Shown: positions 1 to 9,059 of the stretch, piece by piece
Layout: every line of letters starts with the position of its first letter
Numbering within the stretch: position 1 is the first letter of the stretch
From: a virus
Virus record (IMG/VR): IMGVR_UViG_3300032236_001191
Location: 36,558-100,557 of that record
DNA: 64,000 nucleotides
Reading direction: 5' to 3' (one strand)
Notes under the pieces: generated by a model
What the model was told of the DNA's origin: nothing
Database searches by the model: none
The model's input: only the letters and a program-made list of their open reading frames with translations
Made by a program: the position numbers and the translations under genes

Positions 1-2
1 TA

Positions 3-779
3 CTTATTAAGAACCAGGCAGATGCTAAGCAAAATGGTATTTATGTAGCAACCCGTATGGGCGCTGGAGTAACTCCCATCCTTACCCGTGCTACAGATTA
101 TGACAACAGCACTGAAGGTCAAGTAGCTCAAGGTGATCAAATACTTGTTCTTAATGGAACGCTAAACGGAAACAAAACTTTCTTTGAAAGTCTGACCGGA
201 ACTATGTCCGATTACAGCATTAAGATTGGCACCGACAATATTGTTTTTGCTCAAGCAGCCAGCCTTAATAACATCTCTACGGACGTACTTCCTGCCCTAG
301 ATAACACCTACAATTTAGGTTCAGATGCCCTTCGTTGGAAGTCTGTACACATTGGACCTGGAACACTATTTATTACAGATCAAACTACAAATACCCCAGC
401 TAGTTTGACGGTTAATAACTCCATTCTTAATATCAACGGTATCTCTAACCTTAGCGCTCAATCAATTACTACAGGCGTTAGAACCACAACATCTAACACT
501 GTACAGATTGACTACCTAGTTGACTCTATTGTCTTTGTTAGCGTAGCTGGGGGAGCCGTTACCTTTACCCATACTAACTACACTGCGGGTAAGGTAGTTA
601 AGGTTATTGTTAACCGATATGCCTACACATCTGGGGCTCAAGATAACCACGGAGTTGGCAGTACTCACGCCACCTCTGGAAACTCGTTCTTCTTGCCTAC
701 CCATAACACAGCAGAGTATGAGTTCACTTGCCTAGACGGTTCTAATGCAAACGTCTTTGTATCGGGAAAAATTAGCTAA
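3..779 (+). CDS. Tail fibre / virion structural protein, C-terminal part (5' end lies outside the window)
   Basis: The frame is open from base 3 (LIKNQADAKQNGIYV...), a motif typical of phage fibre proteins. It also contains a 'YNLGSDALRWKSVHIGPGTL' fibre-type repeat. Confidence 0.7.
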   Translation, partial: LIKNQADAKQNGIYVATRMGAGVTPILTRATDYDNSTEGQVAQGDQILVLNGTLNGNKTFFESLTGTMSDYSIKIGTDNIVFAQAASLNNISTDVLPALDNTYNLGSDALRWKSVHIGPGTLFITDQTTNTPASLTVNNSILNINGISNLSAQSITTGVRTTTSNTVQIDYLVDSIVFVSVAGGAVTFTHTNYTAGKVVKVIVNRYAYTSGAQDNHGVGSTHATSGNSFFLPTHNTAEYEFTCLDGSNANVFVSGKIS

Positions 780-919
780 TGCCTTTTAAGTCCCAGTCTC
801 AGCGTAAATGGATGTATGCTAACGATCCCAAGATGGCAGAAAAGTGGGAAGAACATACCCCCAAGGGTAAGAAGCTTCCTAAGAAGGTGAAGAAGAAGAG
901 TGGCAAAAGTAAAGGTTAG
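779..919 (+). CDS. Small Lys-rich protein (46 aa, MPFKSQSQRKWMYAN...)
   Basis: Not in the ORF track; translated by hand. TAATG coupling to the upstream stop. Confidence 0.7.
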   Translation: MPFKSQSQRKWMYANDPKMAEKWEEHTPKGKKLPKKVKKKSGKSKG

Positions 920-1109
920 TGGCAAGGTCCACGTAGTAAAGAAGAATAAAAAAGGCGATGTTATCGTAGACCATGCGGGTAAAAATGATCCTAAATGGGA
1001 TAAGATTAACCTCACTAAAGTAGCTGGGTCTAAGACTATTAAGGCTGGGGTTAAAGCAACCAAGGCCTACCATAAGACCCATCCCCACAAGAAGACAGGA
1101 ACAAAATGA
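900..1109 (+). CDS. Small Lys-rich hypothetical protein
   Basis: ORF track; ATGA overlap with the next gene. Confidence 0.65.
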   Translation: MAKVKVSGKVHVVKKNKKGDVIVDHAGKNDPKWDKINLTKVAGSKTIKAGVKATKAYHKTHPHKKTGTK

Positions 1110-1297
1110 CAGAAGAATTTACACCTATTGAAGGTGAGACAGTATCTGAGGACGGTTTAGCTCATTTTGATATTACAGCTGGCCCAGATGTAGAACTTGA
1201 TACTAACGCTAAGCTAGAGGATGTTGAAGCCGCTGAGGAATCTGCAGAAGCTCTAGAGGAAGAAGATATCGATGGAGAAGAAGAAGAAGTCGAGTAA
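1106..1297 (+). CDS. Small acidic hypothetical protein
   Basis: ORF track; AGGA RBS; Glu/Asp-rich. Confidence 0.65.
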   Translation: MTEEFTPIEGETVSEDGLAHFDITAGPDVELDTNAKLEDVEAAEESAEALEEEDIDGEEEEVE

Positions 1298-1445
1298 GAA
1301 GCATCCTGGATTTGAAAAGGTCCAGGATAAGATTGCCGATAAAGAGGGCGTCTCTAAGAAGGCTGCTGGGGCTATCCTAGCCGCTTCTTCCCGTGGGGCG
1401 TCTAAAGCAGCTAAACGTAAAAACCCAGCCCTAAAGAAAGTATAA
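1272..1445 (+). CDS. Small Lys-rich protein (57 aa, ...HPGFEKVQDKIADKEGVSKKAAGAILAA...)
   Basis: Translated by hand; fills the gap between track ORFs. Confidence 0.65.
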   Translation: MEKKKKSSKKHPGFEKVQDKIADKEGVSKKAAGAILAASSRGASKAAKRKNPALKKV

Positions 1446-1453
1446 GGTATACT

Positions 1454-1534
1454 ATGTGCAAATCATGTGGATGCGGATGCTCCAAGCCAAACTGCAAGGG
1501 TGCTTGCAAGAAGAAAAAAGGCGGTAAGAAATAA
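1454..1534 (+). CDS. Cys-rich metallothionein-like peptide (26 aa)
   Basis: MCKSCGCGCSKPNCKGACKKKKGGKK; AAGG upstream; TAATG coupling to the next gene. Confidence 0.6.
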   Translation: MCKSCGCGCSKPNCKGACKKKKGGKK

Positions 1535-1728
1535 TGTCACATCACAAGGAATCTGCTAAGGAAAAGAAGGCAGATAAGAAGCAAGATAAGAAGCTTGAAA
1601 AGGGTATGACCCCGGCTCAAAAGAAGAAGTTTGAAGCTGCAGATAAGAAGATGGATAAGAAGAAACCATCTCGTAAGGCAGATGAAAAGATGGACAAGGC
1701 TTTGGCCAAGAAGGTCAAAAAGAAGTAA
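1534..1728 (+). CDS. Small Lys-rich hypothetical protein
   Basis: ORF track; very Lys-rich. Confidence 0.7.
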   Translation: MSHHKESAKEKKADKKQDKKLEKGMTPAQKKKFEAADKKMDKKKPSRKADEKMDKALAKKVKKK

Positions 1729-1732
1729 GCTT

Positions 1733-1760
1733 AGGGCCCCGAAAGGGGCCCTTTTGCTTT
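1733..1760 (+). terminator. Intrinsic terminator
   Basis: AGGGCCCC-GAAA-GGGGCCCT hairpin followed by a T-rich tract. Confidence 0.85.
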
Positions 1761-1832
1761 AGTATTGTCTATGACGCCGGAGTAATCCGGAACCCTGCAG
1801 CTGTACCCAATGCGCCTTCATTTGGAGGAATT

Positions 1833-1994
1833 ATGATCTTTTTAGCCCAGCGGCTAAACCGTCTAGAGACGGATGCCGATAAACAAGAGTTCATTCGAGG
1901 TGCCGTCGGTCTTAAGACTGGTGGCGAAAAGAAAGCTGCAGCAGTATTCATCGCCAGCTACTTGCTCTCGAAGGCTCTAAGAAAAAATGGCTAA
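1833..1994 (+). CDS. Small hypothetical protein (53 aa)
   Basis: GGAGGA RBS then ATG at 1833; overlaps the next start. Confidence 0.65.
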   Translation: MIFLAQRLNRLETDADKQEFIRGAVGLKTGGEKKAAAVFIASYLLSKALRKNG

Positions 1995-2259
1995 GACTTT
2001 AAAACAGATCATTCATAGTCATATTGGTGCAGACGCAGATCGACACACTGCAACTATTCGCAGACATGCTCTTGAAGCCGGTTGGCCTAAGCATTTAGCA
2101 AATTCTATTTCCGTAGCGGTTACCCATAAGGGTACTTACCGAATGGATTATCCCCCACATTTAGAAGACGATATTCTACGTCTTGAGTACGGTACGCAAG
2201 ATGTACCCCCATCACCAATCATGCGAAATTACTTCTCACATATTGGGGTGGCAATCTAA
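1987..2259 (+). CDS. Putative neck / tail-completion protein
   Basis: 'LEYGT...P.PIMR' motif of HK97-gp10-like completion proteins; position before terminator and sheath genes. Confidence 0.5.
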   Translation: MAKTLKQIIHSHIGADADRHTATIRRHALEAGWPKHLANSISVAVTHKGTYRMDYPPHLEDDILRLEYGTQDVPPSPIMRNYFSHIGVAI

Positions 2260-2855
2260 TGCCCTTTATTACTAACGAAGACGAAGCCCTTAAGACTCTT
2301 TTAAAGGGTATTACAGTATCCGATTCAGGAAACCCTAAGCGTTCTGTAGGCGTATGGTTTGGGCAACCTGACAAGGAAATTCGTCAGCAGTCCTACCCAT
2401 ATATCACCATAGATTTGATTGGCATGTCTGAAGCCGGGGAGCGTGTGCAATCCGGAGTTGTAGATCTGCAGTACACCCCTGAAGGATATGATGGTACTAT
2501 TGACTATCAGACTTACTACCCTATGCCTGTTAATCTTGATTATCAGGTAGCTACATACTCACGTCAGCCTAACCATGATCGACAGATTATGGGAGCACTA
2601 TTCCAAATAGGCAGACTGCCAGTTAGATTTGGATCCCTGTACGTTCCTCAAGACAATACATTGCGTCGTTTGGATGTGCTAGGTTTTTCAAAAAGAGATA
2701 CGACTGAAGCAGACAAGCGTCTCTTCGTGAATATCTATACCATTCGAGTTAGTTCGGAAATCTTCCGTACAAGCTTGTTTGAAAAAGATACGGCCCCTGT
2801 TTCAGGTACCAGTATCTCTGTTAATAATACGAACCTTAATACGTCACACAATTAG
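2259..2855 (+). CDS. Putative tail terminator (gp15 / Pvc16-like)
   Basis: Directly upstream of the sheath gene; 'YPYITIDL...PVNLDYQV' pattern. Confidence 0.55.
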   Translation: MPFITNEDEALKTLLKGITVSDSGNPKRSVGVWFGQPDKEIRQQSYPYITIDLIGMSEAGERVQSGVVDLQYTPEGYDGTIDYQTYYPMPVNLDYQVATYSRQPNHDRQIMGALFQIGRLPVRFGSLYVPQDNTLRRLDVLGFSKRDTTEADKRLFVNIYTIRVSSEIFRTSLFEKDTAPVSGTSISVNNTNLNTSHN

Positions 2856-2908
2856 CCTAAAACTTCGACCCCCCAGTAAATAATACTATAGATCAAGGAG
2901 AAAACCTA

Positions 2909-4486
2909 ATGGCTACATTCAGTAGACCAGGCGTCTTTATCCAGGAAGTGGAACTTCCACAGACCATTGAATTGGCAGAAGGCGGCGCAGCTATTGGTGC
3001 GTTCGTTGGAGCTCTTGCAAAGGGTCCTACTAACGTTCCAGTACTTCTTAGCACTTGGGCTCAATTTACCAAGACTTTTGGAAACCTACAAGACGCATAC
3101 CCAACAACTTGGGCTGCTTACAACTTTTTTGCTAACGGTGGACGCCAGCTTTATGTTAAGCGTGTTACAGGTGCAAATGCTGCAGCAGCTTCAGTAATGC
3201 TTACAGATCGTTCAAGCTCACACCTAAACACAATCCTAGTTCAAGCAGCTAATGCTGGAACATGGGGAAACAACCTAGCTGTTCAAATTCGTGCAGCAGG
3301 AAGCGCAAGCCGTTTTGGTATTGCTGTTTACGGATCACCAATTAATGTTGGAAACCCAACATCTAATTACCTTGAAGGATACACAGACCTTAGCATGGAC
3401 AAAACAGATCCTCGCTACTTTGCATCTGTTATCAACTCAAGCTCACCGTATATTCACGTATTTGATCAAAACTCAGCATCAACTCCAAATGACAACATGC
3501 CTGTAGTAGGCTCTTTGCTTTATGCTTTGGGTTCAACTACGGCTGGTGCAGACGGAGATGCTCCTACACGTTCTAACTACGCTGCAGGACTTAGTAGCTT
3601 TGATCCAATTCAAACACCACTAGTGTTTAATATTCCAGCTCTTGGATATCTATACACACCTACTGGAAGCAATAACGATCGTACTAACGTACTTGATATT
3701 ACTTCAGACCTAGTTGCATACTGCGCTAGCCGTGGAGATGCATTTGCTGTTTTGGATACTCCATCAGGACTTGCAGTCTCAGAAGCACAAGCTTTTGCAG
3801 CGGATCTTTCCTCTGAATTTGCTGCATCTTCAACAGGTGACGTAGCAGCTATCTACTACCCATGGTACTTAATCCCAGATACACTTCGTGCATCTCGTGG
3901 AGCTACACGTCTTCAGGCACCTGGTGCTGGCGTTGTAGGACAGTTCCTAGCTACTGATGCATCTCGTGGAGTTCAAAAGACTCCAGCTGGTTTGCAGAAC
4001 CGCATTGCTCTTGCCGTAGACACAGAACACCAGTTCACAAATGCTGAACTTGATGCTCTTAACACAGGCGTTGACCCAATCAACCCTATCCGTAACGTTC
4101 CTGGTGCAGGAATTGTTATCATGGGTGGACGTACATTGGACAACTCTGCAGGCAAGCGCTATATCAATATCCGTCGTTCATTGACCTATATTGAAAAAGA
4201 ACTAAAGGATAGAATTGCATTTGCTGTATTTGAAAACAATGACTCACGTCTTTGGGATCAAATTCGTACAGTATGTAGCTCATTCCTTGGTGCATACTGG
4301 CAGCAGGGTGGTCTCCGTGGAGCAACCCCAATCCAGGCCTACTTCGTAAAATGTGACTCAACAACAACTACAGATGCTGACATTCTTAATGGTCAGATCA
4401 ACATTGAAATTGGCGTCGCTCTAGAATACCCTGCAGAGTTTATTGTGATCAAGCTTGGTCAAATAACCGGCAGCGCTACAGCCTAA
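2909..4486 (+). CDS. Contractile tail sheath protein
   Basis: N-terminal 'RPGVFIQE', 'YNFFANGG', and C-terminal 'YINIRR...FENND...PAEFIVI' sheath motifs. Confidence 0.95.
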   Translation: MATFSRPGVFIQEVELPQTIELAEGGAAIGAFVGALAKGPTNVPVLLSTWAQFTKTFGNLQDAYPTTWAAYNFFANGGRQLYVKRVTGANAAAASVMLTDRSSSHLNTILVQAANAGTWGNNLAVQIRAAGSASRFGIAVYGSPINVGNPTSNYLEGYTDLSMDKTDPRYFASVINSSSPYIHVFDQNSASTPNDNMPVVGSLLYALGSTTAGADGDAPTRSNYAAGLSSFDPIQTPLVFNIPALGYLYTPTGSNNDRTNVLDITSDLVAYCASRGDAFAVLDTPSGLAVSEAQAFAADLSSEFAASSTGDVAAIYYPWYLIPDTLRASRGATRLQAPGAGVVGQFLATDASRGVQKTPAGLQNRIALAVDTEHQFTNAELDALNTGVDPINPIRNVPGAGIVIMGGRTLDNSAGKRYINIRRSLTYIEKELKDRIAFAVFENNDSRLWDQIRTVCSSFLGAYWQQGGLRGATPIQAYFVKCDSTTTTDADILNGQINIEIGVALEYPAEFIVIKLGQITGSATA

Positions 4487-4501
4487 GGAGATATATAAAT
4501 C

Positions 4502-5125
4502 ATGGCACTTTCAATTGACAATGTATCAAGAACTTTGGCTACGGATCCAGTCCGTACCTTTAAGTTCCTTGTTTCTTTCAAACCACAGACTAATGATCAG
4601 AATTGGGGCGGACTAACAGGATCTATGGGTTTTGTGTCTGTATCAGGACTTAGTGTTTCTACTGAGCCGATCGCTTATCGTGAAGGTGGATACAATACTA
4701 ACGTCCATCAGATCCCTGGTCAGTCTTCATTTACACCACTTACTCTTTCTCGTGGCGTAATGATCTCTTCCGGAAATGATGCAAACGCACTATGGATGAA
4801 GCGTTTGTTCTCACTCCTAACACCAACAGCTACTTCAGGCGTAGGCGCAAACTTTCGCTGCACAGTAGACATCGCAGTACTTAGCCATCCAAATCCAAAG
4901 GGTTTGACTGCTGAAGGCGGAAAGACTTCTGACAGCGATGCTGGCCAGCACGTCTCAATGCGCTTCCGTGTGTACAACGCTTGGATCGCAAACCTTGCAT
5001 ACAGCAACTTGGATGCAGGACAGAGCACACTAATGGTTGAAGAATTGACACTTGTACACGAGGGATTTGACGTCTCTTATGCTACAAACTACAAGGCTTC
5101 AGCAGGCGCTCTTCTAGACAACTAA
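4502..5125 (+). CDS. Tail tube protein (T4 gp19-like)
   Basis: 'GFVSVSGL...YREGG...PG...LTLSRG' and 'NAW...VEELTLVHEG' motifs; follows the sheath gene. Confidence 0.92.
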   Translation: MALSIDNVSRTLATDPVRTFKFLVSFKPQTNDQNWGGLTGSMGFVSVSGLSVSTEPIAYREGGYNTNVHQIPGQSSFTPLTLSRGVMISSGNDANALWMKRLFSLLTPTATSGVGANFRCTVDIAVLSHPNPKGLTAEGGKTSDSDAGQHVSMRFRVYNAWIANLAYSNLDAGQSTLMVEELTLVHEGFDVSYATNYKASAGALLDN

Positions 5126-5151
5126 ACTTCTAAACGTAAAAGGTAAACAAT

Positions 5152-5976
5152 ATGACTAATGATATCGAGACAATCAGTGCGATGGATAATCCCGTCGCTG
5201 CCAACCAACTAATAGAAGCTGCTCTTTCTGATCAGGAGGTAAAGGCGCCGAAGGTTAAAACCTCGATTCCTTTGCCTCCTGATACAGAGATCAAACTTCC
5301 AGGAGGCTTGTATGACCCATTTGATGGCGTCATTAAGACTGCAGAAGTTAGGGAGCTAACTGGCGCAGATGAAGAGGCTATTGCCCGAATCTCTGATCCA
5401 GCTAAAGCTTTGTTAACTATCTTGGAACGAGCCGTAGTAAAGATTGGCGATAAGCCAGCCTCTAAAGAACTACTAGACGTTATGCTAGCTGGAGATCGTG
5501 AAATGCTACTCCTAGCTATTCGTCGCTTTACCTTCGGAGATAAGACCGAAGTAGGTCCAGGAATCTGTAACGAATGTGAGTTCGAACAGACCTTTGAAAT
5601 TGACCTTGATACAGATGTAAACATTAAAGAATTAAATGAGGATGATCGAGTATTTACCCTAGACTGCAAGGTTGGGCAGGTAGTTGTATCACTTCCAAAT
5701 GGAGCTGTTCAAAAAGCTCTAGTAAACGCTACAAATAAGAACTCAGCTGAGCTAGATACAATCTTGCTTAAGGGCTGCATTTCTTCTATCAATGAGATCC
5801 CAATTATGAATGTTCAACAGGTCAAAGACCTGAGCATCAAGGATCGTCGTGATATCCTAACAGCTATAACATCTCGCAACCCTGGCCCACTACTCAGCGA
5901 AATCAAGAAACCATGCGCTTCTTGCGGCGTGGAGGTACCGCTTCCGCTTACTCTAGCGGAATTGTTTCAAGGCTGA
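5152..5976 (+). CDS. Tail assembly chaperone / gp26-like protein
   Basis: 'VRELTGADEEAI...GDREMLLLAIR' with two CxxC pairs; lies between tube and tape measure genes. Confidence 0.7.
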   Translation: MTNDIETISAMDNPVAANQLIEAALSDQEVKAPKVKTSIPLPPDTEIKLPGGLYDPFDGVIKTAEVRELTGADEEAIARISDPAKALLTILERAVVKIGDKPASKELLDVMLAGDREMLLLAIRRFTFGDKTEVGPGICNECEFEQTFEIDLDTDVNIKELNEDDRVFTLDCKVGQVVVSLPNGAVQKALVNATNKNSAELDTILLKGCISSINEIPIMNVQQVKDLSIKDRRDILTAITSRNPGPLLSEIKKPCASCGVEVPLPLTLAELFQG

Positions 5977-5989
5977 ACTAAGCTACGAA

Positions 5990-6109
5990 ATGCTTATTGA
6001 GACGTACGATGTACTCTCAATGTTGTACCCCGGATGGAGCTTGGAAGAAATACGATCGTTTTCTTTTAGAGAACGAACTATGTGGTTAATACAAAACCGT
6101 AATCGTTAA
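5990..6109 (+). CDS. Small pre-tape-measure chaperone segment (possibly a frameshift extension of the upstream gene)
   Basis: MLIETYDVLSMLYPGWSLEEIRSFSFRERTMWL...; the 'GWSxxEI..RER..W' pattern is typical of the small ORF before tape measure genes. Confidence 0.6.
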   Translation: MLIETYDVLSMLYPGWSLEEIRSFSFRERTMWLIQNRNR

Positions 6110-6122
6110 GGTGGTGAGTTAA

Positions 6123-9059
6123 GTGGCAGCAACGCAAAATATGATGACTCCTGGTCAAAACCCTGATGCAAATGAGCAGGGTATGATTGAGGTGCTTGAA
6201 AAGAAGCTGCCTGGAATCTTAAAGATCTTTGAAAAGATTACGGAACAAACTAAAAAACAGTTTAACTATACCCAAAAGACCATGGGTAACTTTAATGGTG
6301 GGGATGCTGGTGGGGGCAAACTTGGCTTAGGTTCATTTGGTTTAAGCAGAGGCCAAGTTGCTCTTGGTATGGGTGTGATGGCTGGTGCCTCATACATGAG
6401 TATGGCACCTAATACTATGTCTGCGGTAACTCAGCGCATGAGTGCAGACTCTATGTCTGGACGCATGAATAGTGCAGGCATGACTTCAAGAAGTATTATT
6501 GCCCAGTCTAATAAATTAGTTGCAGGTGGCGCTACAAGCGCTATGGGCCCTACGATGGCCGCTATGAACCTTTCTTACCAGGGTGGTTACTCAGTAAGCT
6601 CCCTTAGCTCTAAGAACGTTATGGCAAGCCTAGGAGGCCTTAGCGCCCTTACTGGTGGGTCTAACGAGCAGGTAGCTTCTACCATGGCCGGTATGAACGG
6701 TATGGGATTTTTACGTGCCGGAATTAACATCCGTGACTCAAAGGGACAACTTCTTCCAATCCCTCAAATTGTAAACCAAGTTTATAAAGTTTTGTACGGT
6801 GGTCGTACACCTACAGCTGATCAAGCTAATATGCTTCTTAACCCTAACTCAAAGGGTTGGAAGACACTTATGATGATTACTGGCGGAGATGCAAATCTTA
6901 GCCAGACTATTGCTATGGCCGTTCGTGATCGTGCTGCTAATGGTAAAGACCTTGCTAACAACGCATACTCAAGCGCCCAGGGTACTTTAGACCGTATGGG
7001 TGTAAGTAAAGACGCACCTACTAGAGCTAACTTTAGATTTAATAGCAGTGAGAATAAAGTATTACAGGCTACTGAAAAAGGATTAGTAGGCGGATATAAC
7101 GCATCTCTTAACACAGCAGCTGGACTAAACAATGGTTTTGCACAGCTAGCAAGTCTTCTTGGACCGGTTAACGATGGGTTGATGACTCTTAAAGGCATAC
7201 TCCAAACATTTCCTAATGCAGGTAATATGGGCGGAACTGTTTCTGGACTTACTGCTATGGGATCAAACTTAGCTGGTAGCGCACTTCAATACGGAATGAT
7301 GAGTAAAGCATTTGGTGGAGGAGCTGCTGGTTCTGGAGCGTTAGCTGCTACAGAAGAAGCCGCTGTAGTAGGCGGGTCTATGATGAGTCGTCTTAAAGGT
7401 GGATTTGGAAAAGTAGGGTCTAACTTATTTAAGGGTGGACTTGGAAAACTTTTTAAAGGTGGTTTAATTTCTTTAGGCGGAAACCTTGTTGGAGATGTTG
7501 TTAAAGGACATTCTGCAAAAGGTAGTGGACGCTCAAGAGCAGGTAATGCTCTTAAGACTGGCGCTTCTTGGGCTGCAATGGCAAGTTTATTTGCCCCTGA
7601 AACTTTTGGTTTATCTACAGCAATTGCAGGAATTGCAGGCGGTATTTATGGAGCATTTCAGGGTGGTCCTAATGATGGCATGACCTTAAGTAACCCATCA
7701 GATTCTAAGAGCCAAGCTTCAGGATCTGCAACTATGGCATTACCAGTTCCTAAAGGAACTCCTATTACATCTCCTTTTGGACACCGTAAAGGTGGGCAAG
7801 GCATTTCAAGTAACCACCAAGGTATTGACTATGGCGTTGCCGAGAATACAAATATTACCGCTGCAGCAGATGGTGTTGTTACTGAAGTAGGTAACGGTGG
7901 TGGTTACGGTAACTATATTATTATTAAGCACGGAAATAAATCAACTCTTTATGCTCACTTAAATACAGCTTTAGTTAGCAAAGGTCAGTCCGTAAAAAAG
8001 GGAACTGTAATTGCTAAGTCTGGTGGTAAAAAGGGTGCGCCTGGTGCAGGCCACTCTACTGGTCCACACCTTCACTTTGAGTTGCGTGATAATGGTGGTC
8101 GTGGTGCAGGTGGCCGTGTTAACCCTTCAAACTGGTTTGGAAAAACTGCCGGTTGGATTGGTAACCTAGCAAGTAAAGCTTTTGGGTTTGTAAAGAGTGT
8201 ATTAACTGGGCATGACCCATTTGCTTCCCATAGTGGAAGCGTATTGTCACACAATAACAACCCACAATTTAAAGGTCTTTCTGATTTAAGTAGTCCTGGA
8301 ATTTCTGGATTACTTTCACAAAATGTTTCTCGTGGTAGACCTATTGGGTGGGAAGATATTGTCAACAAAGTTGGCGCTAAAAATATTGCAAAGCTAAAGG
8401 GCAATCCAAACTCTGTGGGCGATGTATATACCCCTGCAGATGGAGATGCGGGCCATATGGTTGGTGGCAGCCGTAAGGGTCTTATGAAAATGCTCTATGC
8501 CCAAGGCTTCAGAGGGGCTGGTTTAGAGACTGCGTTTGCTGTAGCACTTGCTGAGTCTGGTGGAGTAAGCCGAAGAAACTATAGCCTTAAAACTGGTGAT
8601 GATTCTTATGGCGCATTTCAGATTAATATGCTTGGGTCATTAGGTCCTGCACGTAGAAAGAAATTTGGTCTTAGTAAAGACTCTGACCTTCTTGACGGTA
8701 AAACCAACTTAAGAGTTGCGTATACAATGTCCCATGAAGGAAATAATTTTAAAGCTTGGTCCACATACAAGAACGGTAAATTTGCTTCCTACCTAGACGA
8801 TGCCTATAAAACTGAAAAAGCTGCAGGTATCGGTGGCGGCACACAAGCTGTCGGTGTGGGTAGTATGCCAGAGCACAACATGTCTCATGGCAGGTCTGGT
8901 GGGGGAGCCCACCTCAGTGCCAACACAAACATAGAGGTTAAAGTTAATATGCAAGTGCATATTGAACGCTCTAGTTTCCAAGAAGCGGATAAGATGTTTA
9001 AGCAATTTGCCCACCGTATTGAGACAGATTTACGACACCACATTGGAGGAACTTACTAA
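6123..9059 (+). CDS. Tape measure protein with C-terminal M23 peptidase and lytic transglycosylase-like domains
   Basis: Gly/Ala-rich helical N-terminal half; M23 motifs HQGID, YAHL, STGPHLHFE; SLT-like 'AVALAESGG...GAFQIN...N...AW..Y'. Confidence 0.88.
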   Translation: MAATQNMMTPGQNPDANEQGMIEVLEKKLPGILKIFEKITEQTKKQFNYTQKTMGNFNGGDAGGGKLGLGSFGLSRGQVALGMGVMAGASYMSMAPNTMSAVTQRMSADSMSGRMNSAGMTSRSIIAQSNKLVAGGATSAMGPTMAAMNLSYQGGYSVSSLSSKNVMASLGGLSALTGGSNEQVASTMAGMNGMGFLRAGINIRDSKGQLLPIPQIVNQVYKVLYGGRTPTADQANMLLNPNSKGWKTLMMITGGDANLSQTIAMAVRDRAANGKDLANNAYSSAQGTLDRMGVSKDAPTRANFRFNSSENKVLQATEKGLVGGYNASLNTAAGLNNGFAQLASLLGPVNDGLMTLKGILQTFPNAGNMGGTVSGLTAMGSNLAGSALQYGMMSKAFGGGAAGSGALAATEEAAVVGGSMMSRLKGGFGKVGSNLFKGGLGKLFKGGLISLGGNLVGDVVKGHSAKGSGRSRAGNALKTGASWAAMASLFAPETFGLSTAIAGIAGGIYGAFQGGPNDGMTLSNPSDSKSQASGSATMALPVPKGTPITSPFGHRKGGQGISSNHQGIDYGVAENTNITAAADGVVTEVGNGGGYGNYIIIKHGNKSTLYAHLNTALVSKGQSVKKGTVIAKSGGKKGAPGAGHSTGPHLHFELRDNGGRGAGGRVNPSNWFGKTAGWIGNLASKAFGFVKSVLTGHDPFASHSGSVLSHNNNPQFKGLSDLSSPGISGLLSQNVSRGRPIGWEDIVNKVGAKNIAKLKGNPNSVGDVYTPADGDAGHMVGGSRKGLMKMLYAQGFRGAGLETAFAVALAESGGVSRRNYSLKTGDDSYGAFQINMLGSLGPARRKKFGLSKDSDLLDGKTNLRVAYTMSHEGNNFKAWSTYKNGKFASYLDDAYKTEKAAGIGGGTQAVGVGSMPEHNMSHGRSGGGAHLSANTNIEVKVNMQVHIERSSFQEADKMFKQFAHRIETDLRHHIGGTY

